A stretch of 64,000 nucleotides of DNA from assembly GCA_026770705.1 (NCBI GenBank), contig JANJGN010000021.1, forward strand, positions 100,316,001 to 100,380,000, in the 5' to 3' direction. This DNA is from Isurus oxyrinchus. Taxonomy: Eukaryota. Within the stretch, counting starts at the first letter, position 1; the number at the start of each line of letters is the position of its first letter. The position numbers and the translations under genes were made by a program. Below the pieces are notes generated by a model. The model was not told the origin of the DNA, did not search any database, and saw only the letters and a program-made list of their open reading frames with translations. Below, piece by piece: positions 48,700 through 62,552 of this stretch.

Positions 48700-49030
48700 A
48701 GCAACTCACCTAGGCTACTTCGACAGCACCTTCCAACCCCGTGACCTTTACCATCTATAAAGACAAGGGCAGCAGATAAATGGAAACACAACACCTGGAA
48801 GTTCCCCTCCAAGCCACTCGCCATCCTGACTTCGAAATATACCACCGTTCCTTCACTGTCGCTGGGTCAAATTCCTGGGACTCCCTTCCTAACAGCACTG
48901 TGGGTGTACCTACACCACATAGACTGCAGCGGTTCAAGAAGGAAGCTCATCACCACCTTCTCAAGGGCAAATAGGGATAGGCAATGAATGCTGGCCCAGC
49001 CAGCAGTGCTCACATCCCATGGAACGAAAA
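48700..49030 (+). mobile_element. CR1/L2-group LINE 3' end
   Basis: SFTVAGSNSWDSLPNSTVGVPTPHRLQRFKKEAHHHLLKG, then the tail shared with the SINE. Confidence 0.8.
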
Positions 49031-50126
49031 CATTTTTAAATATCCAATGTAATAATTTGATGAGCTTAAGGTCTCACATGATTATTAATTAAGATGGGCC
49101 ACATCTTCTTTTACGATATTTAGGTGTTATTTTAAACCTTAGAAAAAGCTGAACGGAATTTAATTTGACAATTCCCTGTTGAGTTACATGGGCAATGTAA
49201 ATGATTTTGAAATATTTTAGCTGTTGGATCTGTTTACTTACCCAATGTAGTGCACTCTCGAGACGTTGAACCTTATAATTAGTCCTGACATGCTTATTAT
49301 CTAGAATTAGATGTGTCCCAAGTAATGTCCTCCACTCAGTTTAATTGAATATCTCTGTCCTTTCCCGCGAGCGATGATCGCCAAGTCTCAGACACCAAAA
49401 TATGGAGCAAGAAGCTATAAATACAAAGGCAGGATTTTACATTTAAGACTCTGAGTAATGAATTGTGAAGAACTGCGCGCCCATTTTCTGCGCTTCCATT
49501 TCAGCGGGTCAGATTCCATACGAACATATGTTAAGGACATAGAAATTGGAAGCAGGTCGAGGCCACTCGGCCCCATGAGCCCGCTCTGGCATTCAATAAA
49601 ATCATGGCTGGTCTGGAGGTAACCTCAATCCCACACTCCTGCCGACATCCCGAGAACTGTTCCACCCCCTTGTTAATCAACAGGTTGATTTTGGAGGAGA
49701 TAATTACATCCACTTTAATAACGTCACACCTCTCTGGCTCTGCCTTTCCCCATCTGTTGCCAAAGCTTTCATCCTTGTTCCTTGTTATTCCCAGACTTGA
49801 TTGTTACCATGCTCTCCCGGCTGCCCCCACAGATCTTCCAGCCTCCATAAACTTAAACTCATTTAAAATACTGCTGCTTGTACTCTATGTCCAATTCTCG
49901 TCTTTGTGGTGACTGACATGCATTAGCACCTGGCCAAGCCACACCTCTATTTTAAAAATGTCATCCTGGATTGAAAACCCTGCATGAAATTGACTGTCGC
50001 TCTATCCTTAATCTCCATCAGCCCGAAAACATTCGGAGGACTTTGCATTCCTCCAATTTTGGTCTCTTGTGTTTCCCAGAATTCTACCATTGGCGGCCGT
50101 GCCTTCAGCTGTTTAGCCCCTACTCT

Positions 50127-50306
50127 NNNNNNNNNNNNNNNNNNNNNNNNNNNNNNNNNNNNNNNNNNNNNNNNNNNNNNNNNNNNNNNNNNNNNNNNNN
50201 NNNNNNNNNNNNNNNNNNNNNNNNNNNNNNNNNNNNNNNNNNNNNNNNNNNNNNNNNNNNNNNNNNNNNNNNNNNNNNNNNNNNNNNNNNNNNNNNNNNN
50301 NNNNNN
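50127..50306. other. Assembly gap (180 N)
   Basis: Run of N inside an L2-like fragment (about 49730-50470). Confidence 1.
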
Positions 50307-51541
50307 CAAGCCAGCGATCCCCTTAGGACGTTGCTTAAACATTGTGCCATCAACGAACTTCTGGTCATCTTTCCTAACATCGCCTTTTATAGCTCAGTGT
50401 CAAATTATGTCTGAATACACTATTATAAAGTTTCTGTAGATGGCACTCAATTAATGCAAAGTGTTGTTTTCGTTGAGAACGTTTAGTTTTGTTTCTTTAT
50501 CTCAGCCTTTTTTCCGTTGCTATATGCCCACTTTTAGTGCTCTATCAAGTGGAACATTGTTAGGAGGTTGCTGTAAGTCGAAGTGAAATAGATAGTAGCG
50601 AACACCCGCACAGCAATTTTTCTGCACTGTCTCATATTAAAGTCTAATTATCCTGATATGGAGGCGGTTACCCAGACTACCCTTTAAAAAAAAGTTAGTT
50701 TTTTATTGATTGTGTTCTACTTGCCCTGATCCTCTATTTCAATATGAGAACATGTTTGCCTTTTTGAAATTTCCACTTGATTATATTATCCAAAATTTTG
50801 CACACTAAACTTCTGTAGCAGCTGAATGTTTATGAAGCGAGTTATGGAACATTAATCAATTTTGAGCTCTTTATCTTCAAACTGCAATTGCGTTGCTGTC
50901 AATTGATCTTGGGAGCACTCCAAATTCCATAATGTGAAGGTGAAGCAATGGCATAGTGGTATTGTCACTAGATTGGTAATCCAGAGACCCAGGGCAATGT
51001 TCCGGGGACATTTGAATTCAACACAAAATGTGGAATTAAAAGTGTAATAATAACCATTTAAAAAAAAGCATTGCCGATTGTTGGAAAACCCCATCTGGTT
51101 CACCGATGTCATTCCTTTAGGGAAGGGAACCTGGTCTGACCTACGATTGACCCCAGACACACAGCAATGTGGTTGACTCTTGAATGTCTTCTGAAATGGC
51201 CTAGCAAGCCACTCAGCTCAAGGATAATTAGGGATGGGCAATGAATGCTGGCCCCACGAACGAATAAATAAAAACATCTCAAAGCAATTTTCCTTAATGT
51301 AACAGATATAACCATTTTTGTACAACCACGCAATCAAGTGGTAAACTCTGATTAATTTTATCCTCTCTATAATCTATTGAGATCAATTGCAGTGCACCTA
51401 CCCGGCAGAGATGAGAGAACTAAGCATGGGCGAGGGATCAAAACGAAACTTTCGGGCTGTATCGCTTCATGAGGCACACACTTCATTAAATGACCGTTTT
51501 ACTTCCAGTCAATATGTCTATCTATTGATTATTTGTTAAAG

Positions 51542-51647
51542 GCATACATATGGCAAGGCTGTGGAGGGGATGGCCTATGTGAGATTCGGAATTATTGACG
51601 AAATGAATAATAATACCTACATCCGGGGACTGGAACAACAACTGCGG
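51542..51647 (+). CDS. C4: Complement C4 exon 8
   Basis: tgttaaag|G; HTYGKAVEGMAYVRFGIIDEMNNNTYIRGLEQQLR|gtgaga; phase 2/0; AYVRFG...RGLE is C4-like. Confidence 0.92.
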
Positions 51648-51779
51648 GTGAGAATGTTGCCATTTCGTACCTTCAGCAACAAGTACTTTATAATCAATAA
51701 AAAAAGTCATTATTATCATTGAATAAATGTTCAAATTCATTATATTAATGTTGAACATTATTTAGACTTCATCCCACTG

Positions 51780-52322
51780 TCAGTTTATCCGTTGCTAAAA
51801 CCTCAGTCCTGGCTTTATCGCCTGGAATTTCTATGTTCCGAAGCTCGTCTCCTACATTCTACCCTCCGCAAACTTGCGGTGATACAAAACTCTGCCGCCC
51901 ATACCTTAACTCCACGTATGTCCGCTCTGTGCTCACTGGCCTACATTGGCTCCTGGTGAAACAAGGCCTTGATTTTATAATTCTCATCCTTGTTATCAAA
52001 CCCCCTTCCTATTTCTGTAATCATCTCCGGTTCCACAAGGCTCCGAGATGTCCGTGCTCATCAAATTCTGCCATATCAGCATGCTCAGTTTTAACCATTC
52101 CACCATTGCTGGCCGCTACTGCAGCTGCCCAGCACTTAAGCTCTGAAATACCGCTGCTAAACATCTCCGCTTTTTGGCTTGCTTTCCCCCTTTAAGAGAC
52201 TCGCCAAATCTTATCTTATGGTCATCTGCTTAGATAGCACTGGGTCACATTTGGTTTTATAATGCTCCTGCGAAGATGTTTTATTGAGTTAAAGGTACTG
52301 TCTAAATATGAATTGTTGCTGT
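51780..52322 (+). mobile_element. Degenerate L2-like 3' fragment
   Basis: VLTGLHWLLV-type remnant and TTAAAGGTACTGTCTAAATATGAATTGTTG end. Confidence 0.6.
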
Positions 52323-52334
52323 CAACTTAAAGAG

Positions 52335-53175
52335 AGAACTTGGGCGGAGAAATGGCAGATGGAGTTTAATCCGGACAAATGCCAGGTAATGCATTTTGGA
52401 AGGTCTAATACAGGCAGGAATTATACAGTAAGTGGCAGAACCCTTAAGTGCACTGACGGGCAGAGGGATCTGGATGTACAGGTCCACAGGTCACTGAAAG
52501 TGGCAACGCAGGTGGATAAGGTAGTTAGGAAGGCAAATGGTTTGCTTGCCTTCATCAGCAGGGGTATTGAGTATAAAAGCTGGGAAGTCATGCTGCAGTT
52601 GTATAGAACCTTGGTTTGGCCACACTTGGAATATTGCATGCAATTCTGGTCGCCACATTACTAGAAGGATATGGAGGCGTTGGAGAGGGTGCAGAGGAGG
52701 TTTACCAGGATGCTGCCCAGTCTGGAGGTTATTAGCTATGAGGAGAGGTTGGAGAAACTCGGATTGTTCTCACTAGAGCGATGGAGATTGAGGGGCAACT
52801 TGAAAGAAGTTTACAAAATTATGAGTGGCATGGACAGAATAGATAGTCAGAAGCTTTTTCCCAGGGTGGAAGAGTCAATTACTAGGGGACATAGATTTAA
52901 GGTGAGAGGAGAAAACGATAAAGGTGATGTGTGGGGCAAGTTTTTACGCACAGAGAAGTGAGTGTCTGGAATTCGCTGCTAGAGGAGGTGGTGGAAGCAG
53001 GTACGATAGTGGTGTTTAAGCGGCAGCTTGACAAATACATGAATAGGATGTGAATAGAGGGATACGGACCCCGGAAGTGCAAAATGTTTTAGTTGACGGG
53101 CCATATGATCGTCGCAGGTTTGGAGGGCCGAAGGGCCTGTTCCTGTGCTGTACTTTTCTTTGCTCTTTGTTCTTT
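52335..53175 (+). mobile_element. Well-preserved CR1 3' fragment (HER1-like)
   Basis: WAEKWQMEFNPDKCQVMHFGR...ALERVQRRFTRM; ends GGGCCGAAGGGCCTGTTCCTGTGCTGT. Confidence 0.92.
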
Positions 53176-54041
53176 GTTATTATTATTAAAACATACTGCT
53201 TCAGTGCTTTTCAAACCTTATGATTTCGAAAAGTACACGACATTGATAAATACAATGTGGTGGTGGAGGACGGGGGGTGGCAGGGTAGGGTGCCGTGTAG
53301 AGTCGATAATAATCGTCAGTACTTGATCAAGAAAGAGAGTTCATCGGGCGTAATCCTGAACAAAAAAAAACACTTTTGTTTTTGAAGCTTGCGTCACATG
53401 AAATTTATTTACAGCACCAAACTTTCAGGGCATCAGGTGGATGTTATTAAATGCATCTCTGACGCACAGAAGAGTAATTTTGAAATTTAAGACAAAAACT
53501 TATAAATTGTGGCGTTAGATATAAAGACACACACACGCACTATCGACCACCCGTTATGTTCACCGTCTGATGCTTAATTCCATAGGCTGCAATGGAACAG
53601 CACATCATGTGGCGTATAATGAGCAGCTGATCCAATATCCTACTTCCTTCCCCCTCGTTCCCACCCTCACAACCCAAATTTTAAACTCAATGCCTTTACT
53701 TGAGCATCCTTGTTTGGTTTTTGCAGTAAGAAGGCTAAATATTTATGCACTAGAATCTTATATCTCATGTAATGCGCACAGTACGCTCTCGCTGCTTCAC
53801 AGTATCATCAAAAATCCTTTGTTCACCGATTCTAACAAGGACTTCATTCAAATGGTTTAAATGTAGTTAAGGACCATGCCCATGGTTAAATGCTAAATCG
53901 TACGACCCATGATACTCTGAGGATAAAGAAACAGCATGGAAGAACCGTTGATATTGGGGACAGAACGAGTGGGAAACATTGGAAGCAAAAAAATTCCCTG
54001 AAGTATGTTCGGATAATATGAACATCGATTCTCACTTACAG

Positions 54042-54171
54042 ATCAAGGCCGGAGTAGCGGCGTCTTCCCTAAGGACAGAAATGCTATCGAAAAAAATGAA
54101 AAAATTGGCAAGTATGGCTGATCTTGTGGGACACCATCTGTACATGGCGGTAACAGTTTTTGAAGCATCCA
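54042..54171 (+). CDS. C4: Complement C4 exon 9
   Basis: cacttacag|; IKAGVAASSLRTEMLSKKMKKLASMADLVGHHLYMAVTVFEAS A|gtaagt; phase 0/1. Confidence 0.9.
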
Positions 54172-54409
54172 GTAAGTGAACTAATTGCAGTTCTATCCAA
54201 TTTTAGACGCATTTTAAGAGTTATTCTCAGGACGTGCGCGAAGATATGAGCTCACTTCGATTTCCCATTGCTCGCTCCGCTGATTAGTTGTCGACATTCC
54301 GACCGTGTACCATTGAGCCTCCCATCACTGCGTCTTCCTGATGGACGATAAGCAGGTCGAAATTCGATAGCCAGGAGGGCTGCCAGGAAATTGTATAACC
54401 GCTGGAGTG

Positions 54410-55620
54410 AGTGTCCTTGTGTTGTTGCCTCCCTCGCGCTAGGGTTAAGGGCATCACTGAACAGTTAGAGGAAGTGTTGCGGGGGCAGGGGAGCAAGAGC
54501 AGCTGATCCATGATGGGACCAATGACACAAGTAGGGAAAGGTTTGTCCCCTTGGAGACGGGTATTCGGGGTTTAGGGAGGAAAGTAAAGTGCAGGCGATC
54601 GGAGGTAATAATCTCTGGATGATTACCGCTGCCACTTGGTACTGGGTTTGTAACCCCAAGATCAAGAGTTCAAATCTCACAATGGCAAAACTATGAAACA
54701 ATGTAACTTCATCTGAAACAGATAGAAACGGGTTTGTACTCGAAGGAGATACAGCTTCATGTTGCGCATAATGAGCAGTAAGATGAGACAGGTTGCAGCA
54801 CAATCAAACAAAGTGTACAGAAGGGAGAGTTTCAGATTCCTGCTGTATTCGAGCCAGTTCTGCAGCGGGGTGAATCTGTAGAGTAAAGATGGGTTAGAAT
54901 GTCCACGCAAGTAGGTTAACTAGCTGTGTAAGGGGTCAAACGAATTTAGCAGGAGGAGGTGAATCACGATGAAACATTAGGCAGGGGACACAAGATGAGA
55001 CGAGGGCGGGGCGAGTCAAACAGTGGAAGGGTAAAGAGTAGAGAAGGAAGAGTAGGGACCACACAGAGGAAATACGAGATCAGCTACAATGGGTTTGGGG
55101 AGCATCTGCATAGATGTACAGGGCGTGGTAAAGAAATTTGGTAAGCTATATGCTCGAATAATCACATGGGATTATCATGTGGCAGTGCAAGACTTGGCTC
55201 AAGCAGGAGGTGCAATGTGCATTAATTATCACTTGTTATAATACATCCAGGAAAGATAGGGGCAGAAATCAATGAGGGGCTGTCAGTATTGCTCGAAAGT
55301 AGTATTACAGCACTAGAAAGAAATGTTGAATTAGAAGGTTCGAAGACAAAATCTATTTGGCTCGAATTAATGAATAACATATGATCTGTTCCGTTTTTGG
55401 GTGGAAACAATAGGCCACTAAAGAGTTAGTAGAAGATAGAACAGATTTCCTGGTAAATTGCTGAAAGATGCAAGAACTTTAGAGCAGTGATATTAGTGGA
55501 CTTAAATTATACTAAAATGGACCCTAAAAATAGCAGTGTAGAGGACAAAGCACGGAGAAGCTGCAGAAATATGTACAAGAGAACTTTCTAGGTTAGGCTG
55601 TTTCCAAGCAAGGAAGGCTT
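54410..55620 (+). mobile_element. Highly degenerate CR1 5' region (ORF1 esterase and endonuclease) in C4 intron 9
   Basis: Remnants GGGACCAATGAC (GTND), GTAATAATCTCTGGA (VIISG) and GACTTGGCTC (TWL). Confidence 0.55.
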
Positions 55621-56079
55621 GCAATTGACCTCATCTCTTCTGGGGATCTTCCTGCTACCTTCATCCCCATAGTTCTCCTTTCCAAGGTGCAGAAGCAAGA
55701 CTGTCCTGGTGGACCCATCATTTCGCATATCTGGAAAATTATTTTGAAGGAGCCTTGGCGAGTTTTTGTTGTGGTGTTTGTAGATGGTGCACACTGTGAC
55801 CACGGTGCATCTGTGGACAGAGTAAACGTTTAAGGTGGTGGATGGGCGACCAGTCAAGCAGACTACTTTGCCCTGTATGAGCTCCATGCTCCAATGTTCC
55901 ATTCATATTGTATGCAGAGTTGTATATGTCAAATACTAATATGGGTGAAATTCAAGAGTGCAAACACGTGGTAGAATGCAATATGTTTCATTATGAAGAA
56001 GAAGTAACTGTAAATCCAAGACCTGGGGAATAACGACGGAGTGGTGAAATTGTGTTAGTCCCTCTGTCTTAATGAAGAA

Positions 56080-56212
56080 NNNNNNNNNNNNNNNNNNNNN
56101 NNNNNNNNNNNNNNNNNNNNNNNNNNNNNNNNNNNNNNNNNNNNNNNNNNNNNNNNNNNNNNNNNNNNNNNNNNNNNNNNNNNNNNNNNNNNNNNNNNNN
56201 NNNNNNNNNNNN
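56080..56212. other. Assembly gap (133 N)
   Basis: Run of N in C4 intron 9. Confidence 1.
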
Positions 56213-56381
56213 TTGAAGTTGTCCCCTCAATTATATCAATTATTAACACTACATCAATTACACTCTTCCACGAAAAGTTGCGGTTTTATTTTATCATAAG
56301 TAAAACAAAATATAATAATCAATAAAATAAAATAAAATAAATTCATAAGGTAAGATGAATACATCCATCTATTTCCTCTAG

Positions 56382-56497
56382 GTGGAGAAATGGAGGAAGT
56401 AGAGCTCAGAAACATAAAGTTTGTCTCCTCGCCATATGTGATCGATTTATCAAAGACAAGTGGCTACTTTATGCCCAACTTTCCATTTACTGTGCAG
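56382..56497 (+). CDS. C4: Complement C4 exon 10
   Basis: ttcctctag|GT; SGEMEEVELRNIKFVSSPYVIDLSKTSGYFMPNFPFTVQ|gtatgt; phase 1/0. Confidence 0.92.
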
Positions 56498-57326
56498 GTA
56501 TGTATCGATACAGTGAGTTGCAACACTACGTTAATCCACCCGGGAATGTGTAACTCTTAATCAGCCTCTGCATTTTTAGGCCGTAAGGTGACCGATATTA
56601 ACAGGCAGAAACTAAACGTTTTCAAATCTCCAGCCACTGTTGCCAACATGGAACACTTTGGTCGGCATAAATCATGGATCCCTACAATTGGAATTTTAGC
56701 AGCATTGCACACAAAATGCACATTAGCTTCAATTTCAGAAGATGATTCCGACCTGGTTTAGCTTTGCCACCTAGTGACCATTTAATATTCCTAAGTGGTT
56801 TGTCAGTTCAGTGTCGATTGGTGCTGCATTTCAAACAAGCTTGTGCTGTGGAGCGGTGCCGGCTACAGGCCAGGTTCGCATTAGGTTTGGAATTTCGACA
56901 GGGCTACATGAACCCCCGCCTTAATTCCCGCAGAAGATCAGTGAGAATTTCGGGAGGTAGGTGCCATTTATAATATTTCTCCCGGATGTTTACCCACCTT
57001 CCCTGAAGGTTACAGCGGGAGATCAGGAGAACGCAAGAGTCTTGCAGTTGTGCATCACTTTAAGTATGAATATTACGATCAGGCCAAGAATGACCCCCTA
57101 GCGGACAGGCAATGCATTTTTATATGATATTAGAGAGCAAACACCAACATCTTTTAACAACCCGTTCAAAAAGAATACTCCGCTAGGCTTTTATGTGAGC
57201 AGTATTTTGCATGTTTAGGGTGCAGCTGATGGTTAATTCATGGAATGTTGATGTAAGAACAAAGTCCGATGTAACCGAGGGAAGGAATCAAATCAACCAA
57301 AATAGACAAATGTCCCATGCCAAGGT

Positions 57327-57545
57327 AAAGGCGAAATACTGCGGATGCTGGAGATCTGAAACAAAAAGAGAAAATGCTGGGAAAACTCAGCAAGTCTCAG
57401 AGCATCCGTGGAGAGAGAAACAGAGTTAAGGGTTCGAGTCCGTATGAACTCTGAAGCGGGGTCACGTTGACTCGAAACGTTAACTCTGTTTCTCTCTCCA
57501 CAGATGCTGTCAGACCTGCTGAGTTTTTCCAGCACTTTCTGTTCG
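57327..57545. mobile_element. Palindromic Penelope-related short element in C4 intron 10
   Basis: Inverted arms as at 19775-20000; + strand CTGAAGC-G-GGGTCA(CGT)TGACTC-GAAACGTT. Confidence 0.75.
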
Positions 57546-57998
57546 TATGGCCCATGCCATACGATTCCCTACGGTTGAATACACATTTGCAGCATCTTAC
57601 GCCTGGTCTAAATCATTGGGGTTGCGTCAATTTACAGTTGGATTCGCCGCCCAGGCTTTCAACAGCTTTTTCGCTTCTTTCCAGAAACAGGCAGAGTTAG
57701 AAACATGGGTCTGCTCAAACGTAGCGCCCTGTGATGTCATTCCGGTAGGGCGCACAGTATCTTAGAAATAGTTAGCGCGATTTGGGGGGGGTGGGGGGGG
57801 GGGGGGTGGGGGGGGGGGGGGGGGTGGGGGGGCCTAGCTGCAGAGTGTGACATTAGCATCACCGAAATTCAGAGGAGGAAAAATTGGGCTATTTCGGATA
57901 GTGTATGAGGACAAACTCTTAAATCACCGCAGCCCATCATGCTGAGTAACTGAATGGTGTTTTCTTTTTTCTCTCTCAGCTGTCATTTTGCTTTGCAG

Positions 57999-58142
57999 GT
58001 CCAGGTAACTTATCCTGATGGATCTCCTGCCTCAGATGTTCCTGTGAAGTTAGAAGGAAAATCACCACAATATACGCGGGAAAACGGCCATGTCTTGTTA
58101 ACAATGGCACCCCCCTCCAATACAGATGTTTTTGATATTAAG
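57999..58142 (+). CDS. C4: Complement C4 exon 11
   Basis: ctttgcag|; VQVTYPDGSPASDVPVKL...DVFDIK|gtagga; phase 0/0. Confidence 0.92.
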
Positions 58143-58399
58143 GTAGGAATAAATGTTTCTATATTATGGCCGCTAAACTTTCATTCATTGAGCTAACTGT
58201 GTTACAATGGGCTAGGGAAAATACTTCAAACAGCTCTACATCAATAAAGCTCTCGGTCAGACAATTCCGAAGAGATTATCGAATAAGTAGAGCACATGGT
58301 TCGTGATCAGGAAGGCACAATGTGAATTATTTGGAACTAGAAGAGAGCCTCGAATCATTTATGGTGAAATTAGTATCTTAGTTGCAACGGCACTTCCTA

Positions 58400-59360
58400 G
58401 TCCCCACTCCATGACATTTCATCATTCCAGGGAGATCTCTGGTATGAGAAAACCAACCTATTGCTTTCATCTATCTTACATCATGCCAACAGCACCCCTT
58501 CATCCTCCATCGCACCAATTGCTTGCCTCCTTTGGAATATTCCTTTCCCATGGCACCCCCCAGCCCCATGCTTTCTCCCACCATGCTATCACCCCACTCA
58601 TGCCGCCCCTCCTCCACAAATCCATCCAGCTACTGTAACCTTGTTGTTGGACTCTCCTTGCTGACCAATCTACCAAAGATCTGTGGTGAAATTAATATCG
58701 ATATTGCAACAGTGTTTCTTTAAATCCTAATATCACATCATCCGATTGTTCCAATGCCATCCTTCTCATGCTATTTGCATGCTATTCATTTTATCTCTCT
58801 CAAGACATTTAGATCCAACCCTAACTGTCCCTCCCTCCTATGCCATCTCCATACACAATTCACTCCCTCCCATGCCAACACACCACCAATACCATACCTC
58901 TATCTATTTACACCACTCAAAGCTTGCCGCCAACATGATGCCCCTCCAATGTGCCATCCCTCTCCCACTCTGTCCTTCTCCCATTCTGCCCCACTCCAGG
59001 TTGCACCCCTCCCAGTCTACGTATCCTATGCAGGTGCCCCTCCCATGCAGGACCCCAGGCCCTGCATACCTTCCTCCCACGTTGTTCCCCCTTTGCATTC
59101 CCACACATGGCTTCCCTCTGCCCTCTCCCATATCGCCTTCCGCTCTCCAATGTTGCCCCTCCCCCACTCCCCACCTCCTGCTCTCATGGGGTCATTCCTC
59201 CCCTGCCCACACTGGCACTCTTCTCCAAACTATTTTAGCCAGGATAACCTGGTTGCTAAGCACCTTCCCTTGTTTGCTTTTTCCCACAAAATCCCCATGT
59301 CACCGCTAGCATGACCAATGACCATTGGCATTCAGCCACGCATGCCTCACATACTCCAAT
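58400..59360. repeat. C-rich low-complexity region with CCATGCC-like motifs
   Basis: Strong C skew producing overlapping Pro/His-rich ORFs in several frames. Confidence 0.6.
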
Positions 59361-61159
59361 AGACATCACATCTGAGCTGTTACCCTGCAAAGCAGAAACC
59401 ACTATTTTTTTCCCCCGAAAACCCGTTTTAGTCATAAAATGTATAGTGGTGCATAAAATTTATAGAACTGCACAACAGATGGAAGTGGACATTAGACAAG
59501 GTGCAAAAAATTTTACTTTCAATTCAGCATGTTGCACCTTGAGGTGTCTCACTGCACTTACATGCTACAGTTTATGATTACAACATTCATACCAAATAAA
59601 ACTCACAGAAATGTAACATTCTTTTTGAGGGAGGACAACACATTCTCGACCCCAACTCCTCTCACTTTCTGATCTCCAGAATTACTGTATCAAGTAAGTT
59701 GAAGTAACTCCCATCTTACTGGCAGAATGGTTGGAGGCGGGAATGGGGATGGTGGAAGGGGGAGGAAAGCGGGCAGAGCGAGATGAAAATCAGTTGGGAG
59801 GGCCACAAGAGGCGGGCCCTGGCCTTTCTTGGCATAGGACCGTTGATAATACCTAGGAGCCAAGTCTGAGGTCAGTCCGAATTGTTAGCTGCAGGGTATT
59901 TGGCTGGCCCGAATAAGCAGACAGTTATTCAAAACAAGCAAAAATATATCAACAGGGTTGCTTTGCATGGCTTAATTTAGCGGTTGTAACTCCTGACAAT
60001 GCTCTCGCCAATCCTCCACACACCCCACCTGCCTACTCCACCCACTAAATCAAGCCACTGACCATTCAGGGAAGCACAGGTAGACAGAAATTACCTGTTA
60101 TAGTGTTATATATTACTATGACCACTTCTCAGTTTTCTGATCGAAGGCAGGTCCGATCTGCAACGCCACTATGGATAGGCAAGGAGGGGGGCCCCAACTC
60201 CACCCCGCTGGAACCAGGATTCAACTCCGTTTTATCAGCACCTCACCAGCCATTCAGCTAGCTGAGCCAACAAAGGGGTCGGAGTTAATGTCCACTTTTG
60301 CATGCAGGTTGCAGCCTGGAGATGTGGGCAATGATGGTAGAGGCTCCAATTCATTTCCATCACATGGCTGACTAAGAATCTCTCCCACGTTTTAGCCATC
60401 TGCCATTGGCAGGTGTTGGCAGGATTTGCACATTGAAACCCAAACTGTTTGGCCACGTTATTCCTTCACCATCGGGCCCTGGAATGGGTTTTGAACTCGG
60501 AGGTTCTGGTTCAGACACAAAACTTACTCATTGTAAATGATAAATTGATGATGCGCTGCAGTGCACGCCAGTTGTGGATCAACACCACTTGCGGGGGTGT
60601 GTGGGGGGTGGGGGCTGGGGGGGCGGTAGAAATCAGGAACAAGAGGTTGAGTAAAACTTGGAATGGAGGAAAGTCCGAGAACTCTGTTAGTGACACCAAA
60701 GGTCCATTAAAACAAATAGAACCCCCAGTAATTGGCACATACTAAATGTTGTCTAGTTGTGACATGTGAGAACTGCTCTTGTCCCCCTGCTTAGTTGTCT
60801 AAATTTGCATAGGATAGAGAATGTTTTAATGCTCTTTATTTAAATGTGCAGCAGTTTTTTTTTACTTTTTCCTGGACATATGGCGGTAGTATGCAAAATG
60901 ATGGGACTACCTTCATCCCATAGACTTTAGAGGTTCGGGAAGATGCCACGTCTCCACAAGGGTAGGAAGAGATGGCGAGTAACTAGTGGCCATATTAACT
61001 ATGCCTATGCCCCAAGAATGAAATAGCAGGCTATATTTATCAGAGTTACCCGTTGTTACCATCATTAATAGTTACATTGAACGATAAGAATTGGGCTATT
61101 AGTGCTGCTGATTTCACAGATTCTCGGTTCACCAAAAGGAGCAGCATGGGCTCGGTACA

Positions 61160-61420
61160 TCTCTAACCAGTGGACAGTTTTCCCCCCACTTCCCATTGAC
61201 CCCAGTTTTGCTAACGCTCCTTGATGCCACGCTCGGTCAAATGCTGCCTTGATGTCGAAAGCAGCCACTCTCACCTCATTTCTTGTGTTCAGCTCTTTTG
61301 TCCGTGTTCTCACCAAGGCTGTCATGAGGTCAGGAGCTGACAGGCGCTGCCAGAACCCGAACTGAGCGTCACCGAGCAGAATACTCCTGTGTAAGTTCTT
61401 CTTGATAGCTGAGCTTGATG
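61160..61420 (-). mobile_element. LINE RT fragment
   Basis: DAQFGFWQRLSAPDL...AFDIKAAFDRAWHQG. Confidence 0.85.
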
Positions 61421-61834
61421 AAGCATACTTCAACATTCCTGGGACATTTTAAAGAGCACGTGTAGCACCTCAAACTTGCTGGAAAATGTGTCTCAAAAAA
61501 TGGAAGCAGAGCTCTATGTTGGCATTCTTGCTAATAGGAGTTATTAACGCCTTGATATCACATCACGCTCCATATTATCCAAGTGAAGCTTTTATCCTGC
61601 TTGGCAGAAACCGATAATGGACAGTTAAAATTCACAAAGCTAAATATGGTAGGAACTTACTAAGATCTGTGCATTATTATTGAATAGAACAATGATCACA
61701 CACTGATGCTTCAGTAAATCAGTGAAAAGGTTGATAAGCCAAGCTATTCCTACAGAAATATCTAATTCTCTGAGTGGACAAGAGCAAGCAAATGAGGAAA
61801 GCTTGAATAACCTGTGCATGTCTTGATCTGCCAG

Positions 61835-62032
61835 GTGATAGCTGGGGATGGGGCTCCTGGAAGAGAATTCAATGAAGCAAAAAAAACTGTGCGGATCTAC
61901 TATTCTAAGAGCAAGAGTTACCTCTACGTCAATGTACCGCACAGCATACATGATCCTGATAGCTCTTTTCCAGCAGATATATCAGCTGTCACTCCTGCAG
62001 GCAGTAGCGGTTTCAAGGTCTATTACTATCTG
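61835..62032 (+). CDS. C4: Complement C4 exon 12
   Basis: ctgccag|; VIAGDGAPG...SKSKSYLYV...FKVYYYL|gtgagt; phase 0/0. Confidence 0.9.
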
Positions 62033-62357
62033 GTGAGTAGATCATTATTTCATAATTGCACCAGAACTCAAATTTATATACAAACAGAAACATTGAAATG
62101 ATTAACGATGGAATAATGAACTTGGATCATTTTTGTTGTTCCTTTCTCGACTTGGGAATATACAGGTATGCGCCACACACTCATGCGCGCAAAATGGATG
62201 CACATAAAAATACACACACACACACATTCATGCAAAGTGACACAATGCATGCACACTCATGTATGCACATGTACATATGCAGGCCATCTTGGACTGTATC
62301 TATTCTGCAAGATTGTCAATCATGCATGTCCTGATCTTGGAGCTCCTGTCCCCACAG

Positions 62358-62552
62358 GTTATAAGCAAAGGCAAAGTGCTCCAGATGGGTGAAATTCCAA
62401 AATCGGAAGTAACAAACCTGCCTATCTCATTGAGCATCTCTATGGTTCCAGCGGCCAGGCTAGTTCTCTACTATTACATAAATGTCGGGGGCAAAATTGA
62501 AATGGTGGCAAATTCCGTGTGGATTGATGTTAAGGACGTCTGCGAAGGAAAG
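62358..62552 (+). CDS. C4: Complement C4 exon 13
   Basis: cccacag|; VISKGKVL...MVPAARLVLYYY...EMVANSVWIDVKDVCEGK|gtatga; phase 0/0. Confidence 0.93.

Noticed and set aside
49947-50439. ORFs spanning the N run (also 56055-56299)
   Set aside because: Artefacts of assembly gaps
58746-59314. 187-aa and 186-aa Pro/His-rich ORFs
   Set aside because: By-product of C-rich low complexity inside C4 intron 11; open in several frames
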